The position numbers and the translations under genes are program-made. A stretch of 64,000 nucleotides of DNA from Anas platyrhynchos (Eukaryota), in NCBI RefSeq assembly GCF_047663525.1, contig NC_092587.1:189059457-189123456 (forward strand), read 5' to 3'. Below the pieces are notes generated by a model that was given only the letters and a program-made list of their open reading frames with translations, had not been told where the DNA came from and did no database searches. The first letter of the stretch is position 1, and each line of letters begins with the position of its first letter. This document shows, piece by piece, positions 53,501 to 59,216 of this stretch.

Positions 53501-55690
53501 AATCTTCTCTTCACTTGGGAACTGACAGGGAGAGTTTTTTAAATACACATTTATACCAATTCTTTTTTGCACATTTATGTGCAGATGAGAAGCTAGAATG
53601 GAGTCAGCAACAAAGGACAATAATTGTAAAACAAGTTTTTCTAAAACCAGACTTTGGACAACGGGTGAGCACTTCACAGGGATATTGCACTGCTGGAAAT
53701 GCTAGCAAAGACTTGCTGGCAGAGCACAAGTCTACGAAGGGCACACACTTCTCTGACTGGAGCCAGGCTTCAGCCACTTTCCATAGAAGCCTAGAGAATT
53801 CTGTAATACCATTTTGGAGCACTGCAGTAATTTCAGAACAGAAAGATTTACATCAACCTACCTCTGTAGAAAAGGAACCAGAAAAATCAGTCTCTTCATC
53901 CCCATCACTGATCTCTACAACAGCAAGCACAGGTAACATTTGACTGTGAGTGTTTAAGCTGGAAGGCATCTTAACTGGTGACACAAAAATGAATACATGA
54001 TCACTACAATAGTTTTCTACAAATACATTACATCAACAGTAAGCCCAGATATGTAGATATGAAAGTTTAGATAGAATTACAGAAATTTACCTACCTTTAA
54101 TGATTTAGGGCATTATCTGCATGATATGTATGTTATACTGCTGCTACATGAGGGACAAGAAAACCACATGGAAAAAAAGGCAAAAAGGCAAAGAAAACAC
54201 ATTGAAAATGCGTAGCCATATTGCAGGAAAAGACAAATTTCATGAAGCCTCCATAGATACTAGATACTCAAGATTTTACAAACAACAAAGCAAAAAAAAG
54301 AAAAAAAATCAAATCTGGCAGCTTGTTTATTATCTTTGTGAGACCACCTGAAACTTGAGAAATCTGGAACAGTGAATATTGCACAACACAGAATTGCTGG
54401 CAATAGAAGTCAAGAACCAAAAATCTCACCTTTCACACTTGTATCATTTAATATACAACACAAGTCACTTCTGTGACTTTCTTCTGTTAAGTCCTCTTCC
54501 AGTATCTTAAGGCACTGCCTTCAGAAATAAAAGCAGAGGTTTAAAATCTTTAGAGACATAAACCAAACATGAATTCTAACTCCCAGCTCTTAGAACTAAG
54601 CTCACTCGCTTTTTACCAGATGACATTATGCAGAAAAAAAGATTCAGTTAATGAGACATAGAGCACTTGCACAGAACAATTATCCTCTTCTAACTCAAGG
54701 CAGATCATTACCTCCAACGATACTGAGTTTACTGCCCATGAAGGTGATACTGAAATTTTTAAGCGACCAGAACCAGTTTTCAGAGTCACTAGAACCACCG
54801 CTAACTGGCTATGTAACAATTTAAATCAATTTGTTTTATGTAGTTATTTAACCAACAGCATATTGAATGTATCAATGCCTTATTTACTTGTAAAATACCT
54901 AGATCAATAGAAGATATTGGTAACCTAATAAGCCAGTATTTGAAAACATCCCAAGAATCATTTAAAATGTCATTCCTTGAAACCTTTACCAAAATCTAAA
55001 ATACTAAGAACTCTGAAACTCTAAATTCAACCTTTCCTTTCCCAAATTTTAAAACTTTATGCATGCCATTACTGTACATCTTCATACATAAAAACTCATC
55101 TGCAACAACACACGATTCAAACATTACTTCTATGCTTCTTCAGTGCTACTTCCTAAAAATTAGAGGCAGAACAGAAAGAACATGAAATCACTAGAGTAGT
55201 CTTAATGTTTACATGCCTTATAGCTTCCAATTTTCTTCTTGTAAGCTCCTCACCGCTGCCATCCATCGAGTCCTTTCTACTCATCGTGTACCTGACTTTA
55301 GAAGGAAAAAAGAAGAGAGAGACTTACTTCAACGTGCACATTACCTCACTTAACCAAATATAGATTACATCCCTTTGTAAGGATTGAAAGGAAAATAAGG
55401 AGACATGGAATTATCGTGAGGTGTGTTTGCCTCAGAAATCTTTTAAGATTAACAGAAGGCTGGTCCACCTGCCTCATGCTGCCCAGATACCCCACTAGAC
55501 ACACCCCAACCCTTACCAGTACGGGTTTCACAACCCTTTCCTGATGGTTTACCTGCAGGCACAGCCCCAACACGGCCGCCTTTCCTGCGAGCCCCCACCG
55601 CTTTATAACGGGACCGCACCGAGACCGCCAGACAACAACCTCCGCCACCTCACAGCTCCGACGCAACACCACCACACACTGCCCTTCCCG
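11600..55690 (-). CDS. RNF17: RNF17 (TDRD4; RING finger and multi-Tudor domain protein) gene span: about 33 reconstructed coding exons, promoter CpG island at the 5' end
   Basis: Minus-strand exons encode five canonical Tudor units: (S/G)P..FY.Q starts, G.WYRG/A cores, FVDYGN strands and LP.QA..C.L tails. All mapped junctions are phase-consistent. The terminal peptide is ...[25 protein letters not shown]. The position tail to tail with CENPJ fits the known synteny. Confidence 0.85.
11802..11807 (-). terminator. RNF17: Candidate RNF17 poly(A) signal (AATAAA on minus strand; a second candidate at 11612-11617)
   Basis: Plus-strand TTTATT lies about 160 nt downstream (on the minus strand) of the stop codon. 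Confidence 0.35.
11968..12066 (-). CDS. RNF17: RNF17 terminal coding exon; stop codon (TGA on the minus strand) at 11968-11970
   Basis: Minus-strand acceptor ttttcag|GCA. Encodes [32 protein letters not shown]. Confidence 0.8.
   Translation of the reverse strand, partial: ASSPEVTISLYEDDQKLVHMKLIEMGLAELEE
12453..12639 (-). CDS. RNF17: RNF17 exon (Tudor 5 C-terminal part)
   Basis: Acceptor ttgttgcag|G, donor CTT|gtgaga. Encodes (K)[62 protein letters not shown]. Confidence 0.75.
13955..14090 (-). CDS. RNF17: RNF17 exon (Tudor 5 core)
   Basis: Acceptor tttttgcag|AA, donor AGCAA|gtaaat. Encodes (E)[44 protein letters not shown](K). Confidence 0.8.
14883..15033 (-). CDS. RNF17: RNF17 exon (linker before Tudor 5 core)
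   Basis: Acceptor tttggatag|GTA, donor ACAG|gtatgt. Encodes [50 protein letters not shown](E). Confidence 0.7.
16736..16846 (-). CDS. RNF17: RNF17 exon (Tudor 5 N-terminal extension)
   Basis: Acceptor ggtctag|GAG, donor AAGGAG|gtgagt. Encodes [37 protein letters not shown]. Confidence 0.75.
17347..17469 (-). CDS. RNF17: RNF17 exon (Tudor 4 tail). The 5' end is 17469 or 17472 (NAGNAG acceptor tagcag)
   Basis: Donor AAGCAG|gtgaga. Encodes (Q)[41 protein letters not shown]. Confidence 0.65.
17851..17912 (-). mobile_element. CR1 3'-terminal fragment with octamer-like tail (catagaatcatagaat)
   Basis: tcatagaatcatagaatatcctgagttggaaaagacccc is the reverse complement of the CR1 3' terminus, including the ATTCTRTG-type repeat. 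Confidence 0.5.
18242..18322 (-). CDS. RNF17: RNF17 exon
   Basis: Acceptor ccaaatag|GTT, donor GTTCAG|gtaact. Encodes [27 protein letters not shown]. Confidence 0.7.
19257..19376 (-). CDS. RNF17: RNF17 exon (Tudor 4 DYG strand and tail)
   Basis: Acceptor gtag|GTA, donor CCA|gtgagt. Encodes [40 protein letters not shown]. Confidence 0.8.
20100..20263 (-). CDS. RNF17: RNF17 exon (Tudor 4 core)
   Basis: Acceptor tttgtccag|AA, donor CTCCAG|gtaagt. Encodes (E)[54 protein letters not shown]. Confidence 0.85.
20781..21131 (-). CDS. RNF17: RNF17 long exon (linker plus Tudor 4 N-terminal extension). The 5' boundary is uncertain (21120 or 21131)
   Basis: Donor TTATTCG|gtaaga. Encodes ...[106 protein letters not shown]. 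Phase relative to the upstream exon is unresolved, so a small intervening exon is likely. Confidence 0.65.
21398..21513 (-). CDS. RNF17: RNF17 exon (Tudor 3 tail)
   Basis: Acceptor cttgcag|GAA, donor AACAACAG|gtttgg. Encodes [38 protein letters not shown]. Confidence 0.7.
22122..22187 (+). repeat. 29-bp tandem duplication (2.3 copies) in an RNF17 intron
   Basis: The unit ctccactgggtagtcaaagtgctctaatg occurs at 22122-22150 and 22151-22179 with one T/C difference. A third partial copy reads ctccagtg. Confidence 0.9.
22345..22441 (-). CDS. RNF17: RNF17 exon (Tudor 3)
   Basis: Acceptor ttttttattag|T, donor ATCCAG|gtttgt. Encodes (S)[32 protein letters not shown]. Confidence 0.7.
23209..23327 (-). 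CDS. RNF17: RNF17 exon (Tudor 3 DYG strand and tail)
   Basis: Acceptor cttgtttgtaacag|GTA, donor ACATAAG|gtagcc. Encodes [39 protein letters not shown]. Confidence 0.75.
23640..25090. mobile_element. Compositionally distinct block, probably transposon-derived (unknown family), in an RNF17 intron
   Basis: About 1.4 kb of higher GC content carries many overlapping 60-115 aa ORFs on both strands but no splice-consistent coding signal. It is flanked by AT-rich intron sequence. Confidence 0.3.
25883..26033 (-). CDS. RNF17: RNF17 exon (Tudor 3 core)
   Basis: Acceptor caatgttag|T, donor GCAGAG|gtaagc. Encodes (S)[50 protein letters not shown]. Confidence 0.75.
26936..27160 (-). CDS. RNF17: RNF17 exon (Tudor 3 N-terminal extension)
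   Basis: Acceptor ttctttatag|G, donor AAAAG|gtacta. Encodes (G)[74 protein letters not shown]. Confidence 0.75.
30116..30233 (-). CDS. RNF17: RNF17 exon (Tudor 2 tail)
   Basis: Acceptor aattcacag|AG, donor CCTGG|gtatgt. Encodes (E)[38 protein letters not shown](G). Confidence 0.7.
30932..31052 (-). CDS. RNF17: RNF17 exon (Tudor 2 tail)
   Basis: Acceptor ttgttcttcag|GCA, donor ATTGTTG|gtaagt. Encodes [40 protein letters not shown]. Confidence 0.8.
31602..31645. repeat. 44-bp near-perfect palindrome (19-bp perfect inverted arms, 6-nt centre tgatcg) in an RNF17 intron
   Basis: gttgttaactcttaataca-tgatcg-tgtattaagagttaacaac. The right arm is the exact reverse complement of the left. The centre is palindromic except for one position. 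Confidence 0.9.
32561..32676 (-). CDS. RNF17: RNF17 exon (Tudor 2 DYG strand)
   Basis: Acceptor tttttcttgaag|GG, donor GTAAAG|gtaatt. Encodes (G)[38 protein letters not shown]. Confidence 0.8.
33384..33537 (-). CDS. RNF17: RNF17 exon (Tudor 2 core)
   Basis: Acceptor ttaatttag|GTA, donor ATTACAG|gtgaaa. Encodes [51 protein letters not shown]. Confidence 0.75.
34009..34144 (-). CDS. RNF17: RNF17 exon (Tudor 2 N-terminal extension)
   Basis: Acceptor tgtaccttag|G, donor CAATTG|gtaagt. Encodes (R)[45 protein letters not shown]. Confidence 0.75.
35093..35283 (-). CDS. RNF17: RNF17 exon (Tudor 1 tail)
   Basis: Acceptor ttctctctaacag|AGT, donor TTGGCAAG|gtaagt. Encodes [63 protein letters not shown]. 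Confidence 0.8.
35755..35920 (-). CDS. RNF17: RNF17 exon (Tudor 1)
   Basis: Acceptor ttggcaatag|G, donor AATGCA|gtaagt. Encodes (G)[55 protein letters not shown]. Confidence 0.8.
36055..36244 (-). CDS. RNF17: RNF17 exon (Tudor 1 core with insertion)
   Basis: Acceptor ccatgtag|GT, donor TCAGG|gtatgc. Encodes (G)[62 protein letters not shown]. Confidence 0.8.
37316..37477 (-). CDS. RNF17: RNF17 exon (Tudor 1 N-terminal extension)
   Basis: Acceptor tcttgctcag|GT, donor GAACTAG|gtaaat. Encodes (S)[52 protein letters not shown]. Confidence 0.8.
42639..42956 (-). CDS. RNF17: RNF17 long linker exon (Pro/Ser-rich, precedes Tudor 1)
   Basis: Acceptor ctctgaaaacag|AT, donor CTGGAAA|gtaagt. Encodes ...[105 protein letters not shown]. 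Its 1-nt overhang completes the Ser codon with the exon at 37477. Confidence 0.75.
43800..43900 (-). CDS. RNF17: RNF17 exon (N-terminal region)
   Basis: Acceptor acag|GTA, donor CTGGATA|gtaagt. Encodes [33 protein letters not shown]. At least one unmapped exon must lie between this one and 42956 (phase gap). Confidence 0.55.
44548..44592 (-). CDS. RNF17: RNF17 small exon (15 codons)
   Basis: Acceptor aatttcag|GTT, donor TCAGCA|gtgagt. Encodes [15 protein letters not shown]. It continues the ...TYCDLAQ peptide of the upstream exon. Confidence 0.6.
45789..45960 (-). CDS. RNF17: RNF17 exon (N-terminal coiled coil)
   Basis: Acceptor aatacag|G, donor GGCTCAG|gtagtt. Encodes (R)[57 protein letters not shown]. 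Confidence 0.7.
46241..46292 (-). mobile_element. CR1 3'-terminal fragment
   Basis: cacagaaagtcctgagttggaagggacccacaaggatcatcaagtccaactc resembles the reverse complement of the CR1 end (gggttggaagggacc...gatcatctagttccaac). Confidence 0.4.
46802..46902 (-). CDS. RNF17: RNF17 exon (N-terminal coiled coil)
   Basis: Acceptor ggaatag|ATG, donor GTCAAG|gtaatg. Encodes [33 protein letters not shown]. Confidence 0.65.
47215..47465 (+). mobile_element. CR1 LINE fragment, forward orientation (GC-rich); source of four overlapping spurious ORFs
   Basis: ctgcccagagaggctgtgg...ctggacatagtgctgggcagcctgctctgggtgtccctgcttgggtagggctggcaccaagtggcctccagagggccctgccaaccccagccatcctgggatcctgtgatc matches the CR1 3' region. 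It shares motifs with 2262-2455 and 5215-5375 in reverse complement. Confidence 0.6.
48334..48414 (-). CDS. RNF17: RNF17 exon (N-terminal region)
   Basis: Acceptor ttcattccccag|GAA, donor GATGAG|gtaggt. 27 codons, [27 protein letters not shown]. Confidence 0.6.
49885..50345. mobile_element. Possible solo LTR / retroelement-derived segment
   Basis: An island of GC-rich sequence (gacccctagagacccccagaggagactgatgcgcatgctccagtaggagggactggaccccggaagc) is followed by AATAAA and a T-rich run (ttttaataaatcctatttttttatttaatcc). The composition break is abrupt. Confidence 0.25.
51425..51501 (-). CDS. RNF17: Candidate RNF17 exon from the RING-finger region (degenerate: [15 protein letters not shown])
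   Basis: Strong acceptor gttttgcag|G and donor AAACCAG|gtgtag. Only one frame is open. It links weakly to the N-terminal zinc-finger segment expected in RNF17. Confidence 0.3.
55254..55291 (-). CDS. RNF17: Candidate RNF17 exon 2 containing the initiator ATG (minus-strand ATG at 55284..55282). The alternative donor would extend the exon down to 55213
   Basis: Pyrimidine-rich acceptor ctctcttcttttttccttctaaagtcag|GTACACG ATG AGT. The ATG is the first in the exon and has an A at -3. Encodes [10 protein letters not shown], then donor GCG|gtgagg. The alternative reading is [24 protein letters not shown], then |gtaaac. Confidence 0.35.
55553..55690 (-). other. RNF17: Candidate noncoding first exon of RNF17 inside the CpG island (TSS not determinable; the 5' end is a guess)
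   Basis: A consensus minus-strand donor CTGCAG|gtaaac (plus 55551-55553) lies 261 bp upstream of the exon-2 acceptor. The CCAAT boxes lie 25-70 bp further upstream on the transcribed strand's 5' side. Confidence 0.3.
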
Positions 55691-55713
55691 CGCCAAGATA
55701 GCGGCCCTCTCCG

Positions 55714-55718
55714 CCAAT
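55714..55718 (+). promoter_or_regulatory. CCAAT box 1 (NF-Y-type context agCCAATca)
   Basis: The sequence is cgCCAATCAgcg. The second CCAAT lies 41 bp away, in the same orientation and with the same flanks. Confidence 0.5.
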
Positions 55719-55754
55719 CAGCGAGCGTCTCGTCAGCCCGCCTGCCCCTTTCAG

Positions 55755-55759
55755 CCAAT
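55755..55759 (+). promoter_or_regulatory. CCAAT box 2 (agCCAATca), followed by the GC box gaggcgggggggg
   Basis: The sequence is tcagCCAATCAcagagaggcggggggggagggcgg. Confidence 0.5.
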
Positions 55760-56443
55760 CACAGAGAGGCGGGGGGGGAGGGCGGTGCTCGCTGCGGCCC
55801 GGGCGGGCGGGCTCCGCCGCCATGTTCTTGCCTTGAGGCGAGGCAAGGCGGGGCTGTTGCGAAATGGCGTCCCAAGGGCTCGGCTGGTGACCGATTTTGA
55901 AAATGGCTTCTCCTTTTCTAGAAGCTTCGGGGTTACTTTATTCCAGATTTCTGTTTAATTCACCTATAGTAAAGTATAGTTAAACACACTGATATTCTCT
56001 CACAACTTTTAGACACTTTAAGTGCCAAATCATGAACTAAGCCAGCTGTCAAAGAAGCAGGTGTCCTAACAAGCTTTAGGTTATTCGAATCTTTGCACTG
56101 TTGGCACAGTAAATCTAGGTTCTACCGCAAGACCTTAACAGTGCTAAAAAAAAGTGTTTGTTAGGTTGGGGTTTTGACTCAAAAAGGCAAAATTCAAAAA
56201 GTGATGTGAAATTTGCTTAGTCTTTATTCACAATACAGACTAGTTCAATGGAAAAAAACAAATGAACATGAAGAAAGAATCAGTAAAGTTCAAAATTACC
56301 CAATTCTATGGTGCTAGCTCCTCAACTACTTTTAGTAAATTAATTAATTGAATACTCATACTTGAGTATGCTTTGCAGCATGACTTGGTTGAGAAGAACA
56401 GAAATTTCTACAAGTTATCCTTAAGTTGATTCAGCGCTTTCCC

Positions 56444-56731
56444 TCAGAAGCCCTCTTTGTTAACCAGGACCTGATTAAACTCAACGTTGTATGAAATTCT
56501 CATAGAGACTTGTAAAATTTTATAGCAGTGCCTCGTGTCCAGTCTGCATCTCTTTGCTGTGGTTTGGCCTACAGAAAATTTGTTTCTTGTAGATTTAGTA
56601 AGGCTGAAGGCTTCTAGGAGGTTGGGAGGGATATTTGTGTAAAGATCTTCAAGTCTAGGTCCTCCAAGTAGTGACTGATCCAGCAGTCTATAGTAAATTT
56701 GAACTGCAGACAGTGCATCAGTGAGGCTAAC
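56444..56731 (-). CDS. Candidate 3'-terminal coding exon of an unidentified upstream minus-strand gene (96 codons + stop). It could also be a chance ORF
   Basis: A minus-strand acceptor (tttgtagcag|GTG) with an in-frame stop just 5' is followed by an open frame ...SLTDALSAVQIYYRLLDQSLLGGPRLEDLYTNIPPNLLEAFSLTKSTRNKFSVGQTTAKRCRLDTRHCYKILQVSMRISYNVEFNQVLVNKEGF*. An AATAAA (minus) at 56222-56227 lies downstream. I recognise no family. Confidence 0.2.
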   Translation of the reverse strand, partial: VSLTDALSAVQIYYRLLDQSLLGGPRLEDLYTNIPPNLLEAFSLTKSTRNKFSVGQTTAKRCRLDTRHCYKILQVSMRISYNVEFNQVLVNKEGF

Positions 56732-59180
56732 ATTTATCACCTGCTACAAAGACACCAAAACCAGTTTATATTTCAATTTTGAATAAAGATTCCCAAATAC
56801 ATTCCCTTTCCAGACAGCTCCAGCAACATCACAAACTGCTGCCTTGACCCTGGGGTTTTCCGTGTGCTCCACCAGATCTGCTGGCCAGGGAACCTTGCAT
56901 TAACCAGTCCCGCATCTCTTAACTCGCAGATGGCATCTTCTACACTTAGACTCGAAAAGTGGACTCTTAATAATTTCAACCCTGATTAGGTAGCCACCAC
57001 CTTTTCATCAAGATTTTTCTACACTTGGTAAATAGCAAAGTGCATAAAAAATAAAGACGCATCACTGCAAGAACAAACTCACACGTATTACATCAAAAAG
57101 GCTGTGAGGCAGAAATGGGCCCTTAGATATTGTCAGATTTGTCAAGAAAAATACGATGCTGCTCACTGAAGAGGGCATTTGCCCAGTGAGGATACTCCCC
57201 AGGGAGGTAGATGACACCATTGAACAAATTAGGTTCAAACTTTCTTTAATACAAAAAGACCCACCCCTGCTGATTGTGCAGTCCCGGTTGCCATTTACCA
57301 TCCTTATTGGGATGGTATTTTGAAACTCGATTACAACCAGCACTGAGAGGAGTCCATTGCAAAATTGCCCCACAACCTACATGACAGACTTTAACGAAGC
57401 ATCCAGTCTCTATTAGGTGAACTCTAGTGGGTTGACATGTTTAATGGAAGTTACCAGGACTGAATAACAAATGTGACAGCTACCGATGGATTTCCACAGC
57501 TAGTACAGTGACTGCCATACCACAGCTGAATCAGTGGCAATGCTACAGACCTTGCAGATGTACCTCACCTAAAATACTCATCCCCAGCTTGTTCTCTGTG
57601 AGACTGCAAATCAGTATGTACAAGGCTGAAGTTGCACGTGTAATACAAATTCCTGTTACCAGTGTTTTTCAGAGTCAATCTCCAAAGTAGTTCTACAAAA
57701 TATCAAAAGACAAGGATGAGAACTGAAATTCATATTTCTCCTTGACATCAAAATTCATAGACTCAATTTAGATACTGGTTCCATGGCATTTCATCATTTT
57801 TGCATCTTCAGTTAATTCATGTTTGACAGATGACAATTAACTCTCTCGTTTTCCGACCCACAGGAGCTAATCCCCCTCCTCCTGCACTGTAAATACCAGT
57901 TGTCTTTTCCCCTTTGATTGTCCAACCAATTATCTCAATGAAGTAAAAATCTTAGGAGTTTTCTCAGCTTCAGTTTAGCTTTGAAAATTGCTTCCTGTGT
58001 TTCAAAGGTGACAAAAGACTTGTGCACACAAGGTTTTGTTTTTATGTTCCATAATCTAAGCTAATTCCTGCTTAAAAAAAATCCTCTATTAATGCTACCT
58101 AAGAACATTGTGAATAATGACTGAAGTGTAAAATGTAGGGTAGGTGATGACAGACTTGTTTTGAATGTAGCTGAGAAAAGGAAACTATAGGAAAGATTAT
58201 CTGAGTTAAAGGTCTAAATGAAATTTTAAACCAGCAGTGTCTAAGATTGTCTAGAAAGTAGCCTAACTGTCTCTGATGAGAAGCCTAATTAGTCCTAATT
58301 AGCTCTTTGGCGGGATGATAGTGCATCCTTGCTTTTATTTTTAGTTGCATTTAACAAATGAATGAACAATAGCAACAAATGCTCATGATAGTTAAGATTT
58401 TTCTGCTAATTAGTTTTAGTATATTTTTACTATTTTCTGCTGCTAGCTAAAATTCATAACATATAGCCATGCATACTATTCTCTACACCTCCCCCCACAA
58501 ATTACAAGGAATTATAAAATATATACATACATGTTATTCTATCTATCATGCGTGTATTGTTTGTATCTTTGTCAAAATATACATACAGTGACCAAAAGCT
58601 GCACCCCTTCAGTTTTAGGTTCATACCACTCTGAGAATCTGATCACAAGAATGGCGATTTGGTTTAATATTTCAGAAAAGACCACAGTAAACATACAGAA
58701 AAGAATGGAGATTTTCTGTCTGTGCCACCAGCTATTGAGAGAACATTACCATGGTTTCTGGATTTTACAAGATAATATTTAAAATTCATTGCAAAACGTC
58801 AGTGCTTCTATTTGGGAACCACGAGATGGCAGCATGGATCAACCATGGGTGTGCTCACCGGTCCTGATGCCTTCATTTGTGTGATCTCGGCCGCTTCTGT
58901 AGCTTTGTCTATAGCAGAAAGGACACTGTATTGCAAAGACAACACTGAATAGACTGTCTTCGGTGTGAACAGCATAGTTATATTTTAAAATCATCGTCAA
59001 ATATGGGTTGAAAATGCATATATATTCTGTAGATCAGCTTCCCAGCCAGGAACACGTAGCAGTTTTTATTTCTTCAAATGCATCCTTTTTTTCTCTTCCT
59101 CTACATCTTTCCCTTTCTCCAGAAGAGTTTCTGCTTTCAAAATTTAACCATTAAATGCACTAAAAATGGACTCTTTAGAC

Positions 59181-59185
<5 letters not shown>

Positions 59186-59216
<31 letters not shown>
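59186..59216 (+). repeat. Poly(T) tract, 31 nt
   Basis: Uninterrupted T31. Confidence 0.95.

Larger units (their letters stand above)
55540..55900. promoter_or_regulatory. CpG island / promoter, presumably of RNF17; no long ORF downstream on the plus strand
   Basis: The CpG density is abrupt in an otherwise AT-rich window (ccgccgcc, gggcgggcggg, gaggcgggggggg). It sits immediately 5' of the first RNF17 exons. Confidence 0.6.

Noticed and set aside
54613-54819. Minus-strand ORF ending at a strong donor (TTGGAG|gtaatg), considered as an extra RNF17 5' exon
   Set aside because: Exon phases do not connect to either the ATG exon or the 51425-51501 candidate, and the peptide is uninformative. It is mentioned only as a possibility.
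55346-55900. 118-123 aa ORFs on both strands in the CpG island
   Set aside because: This is a GC-rich promoter island. Both begin at non-ATG positions (TTG) or have no exon context, and there is no coherent protein-like composition.
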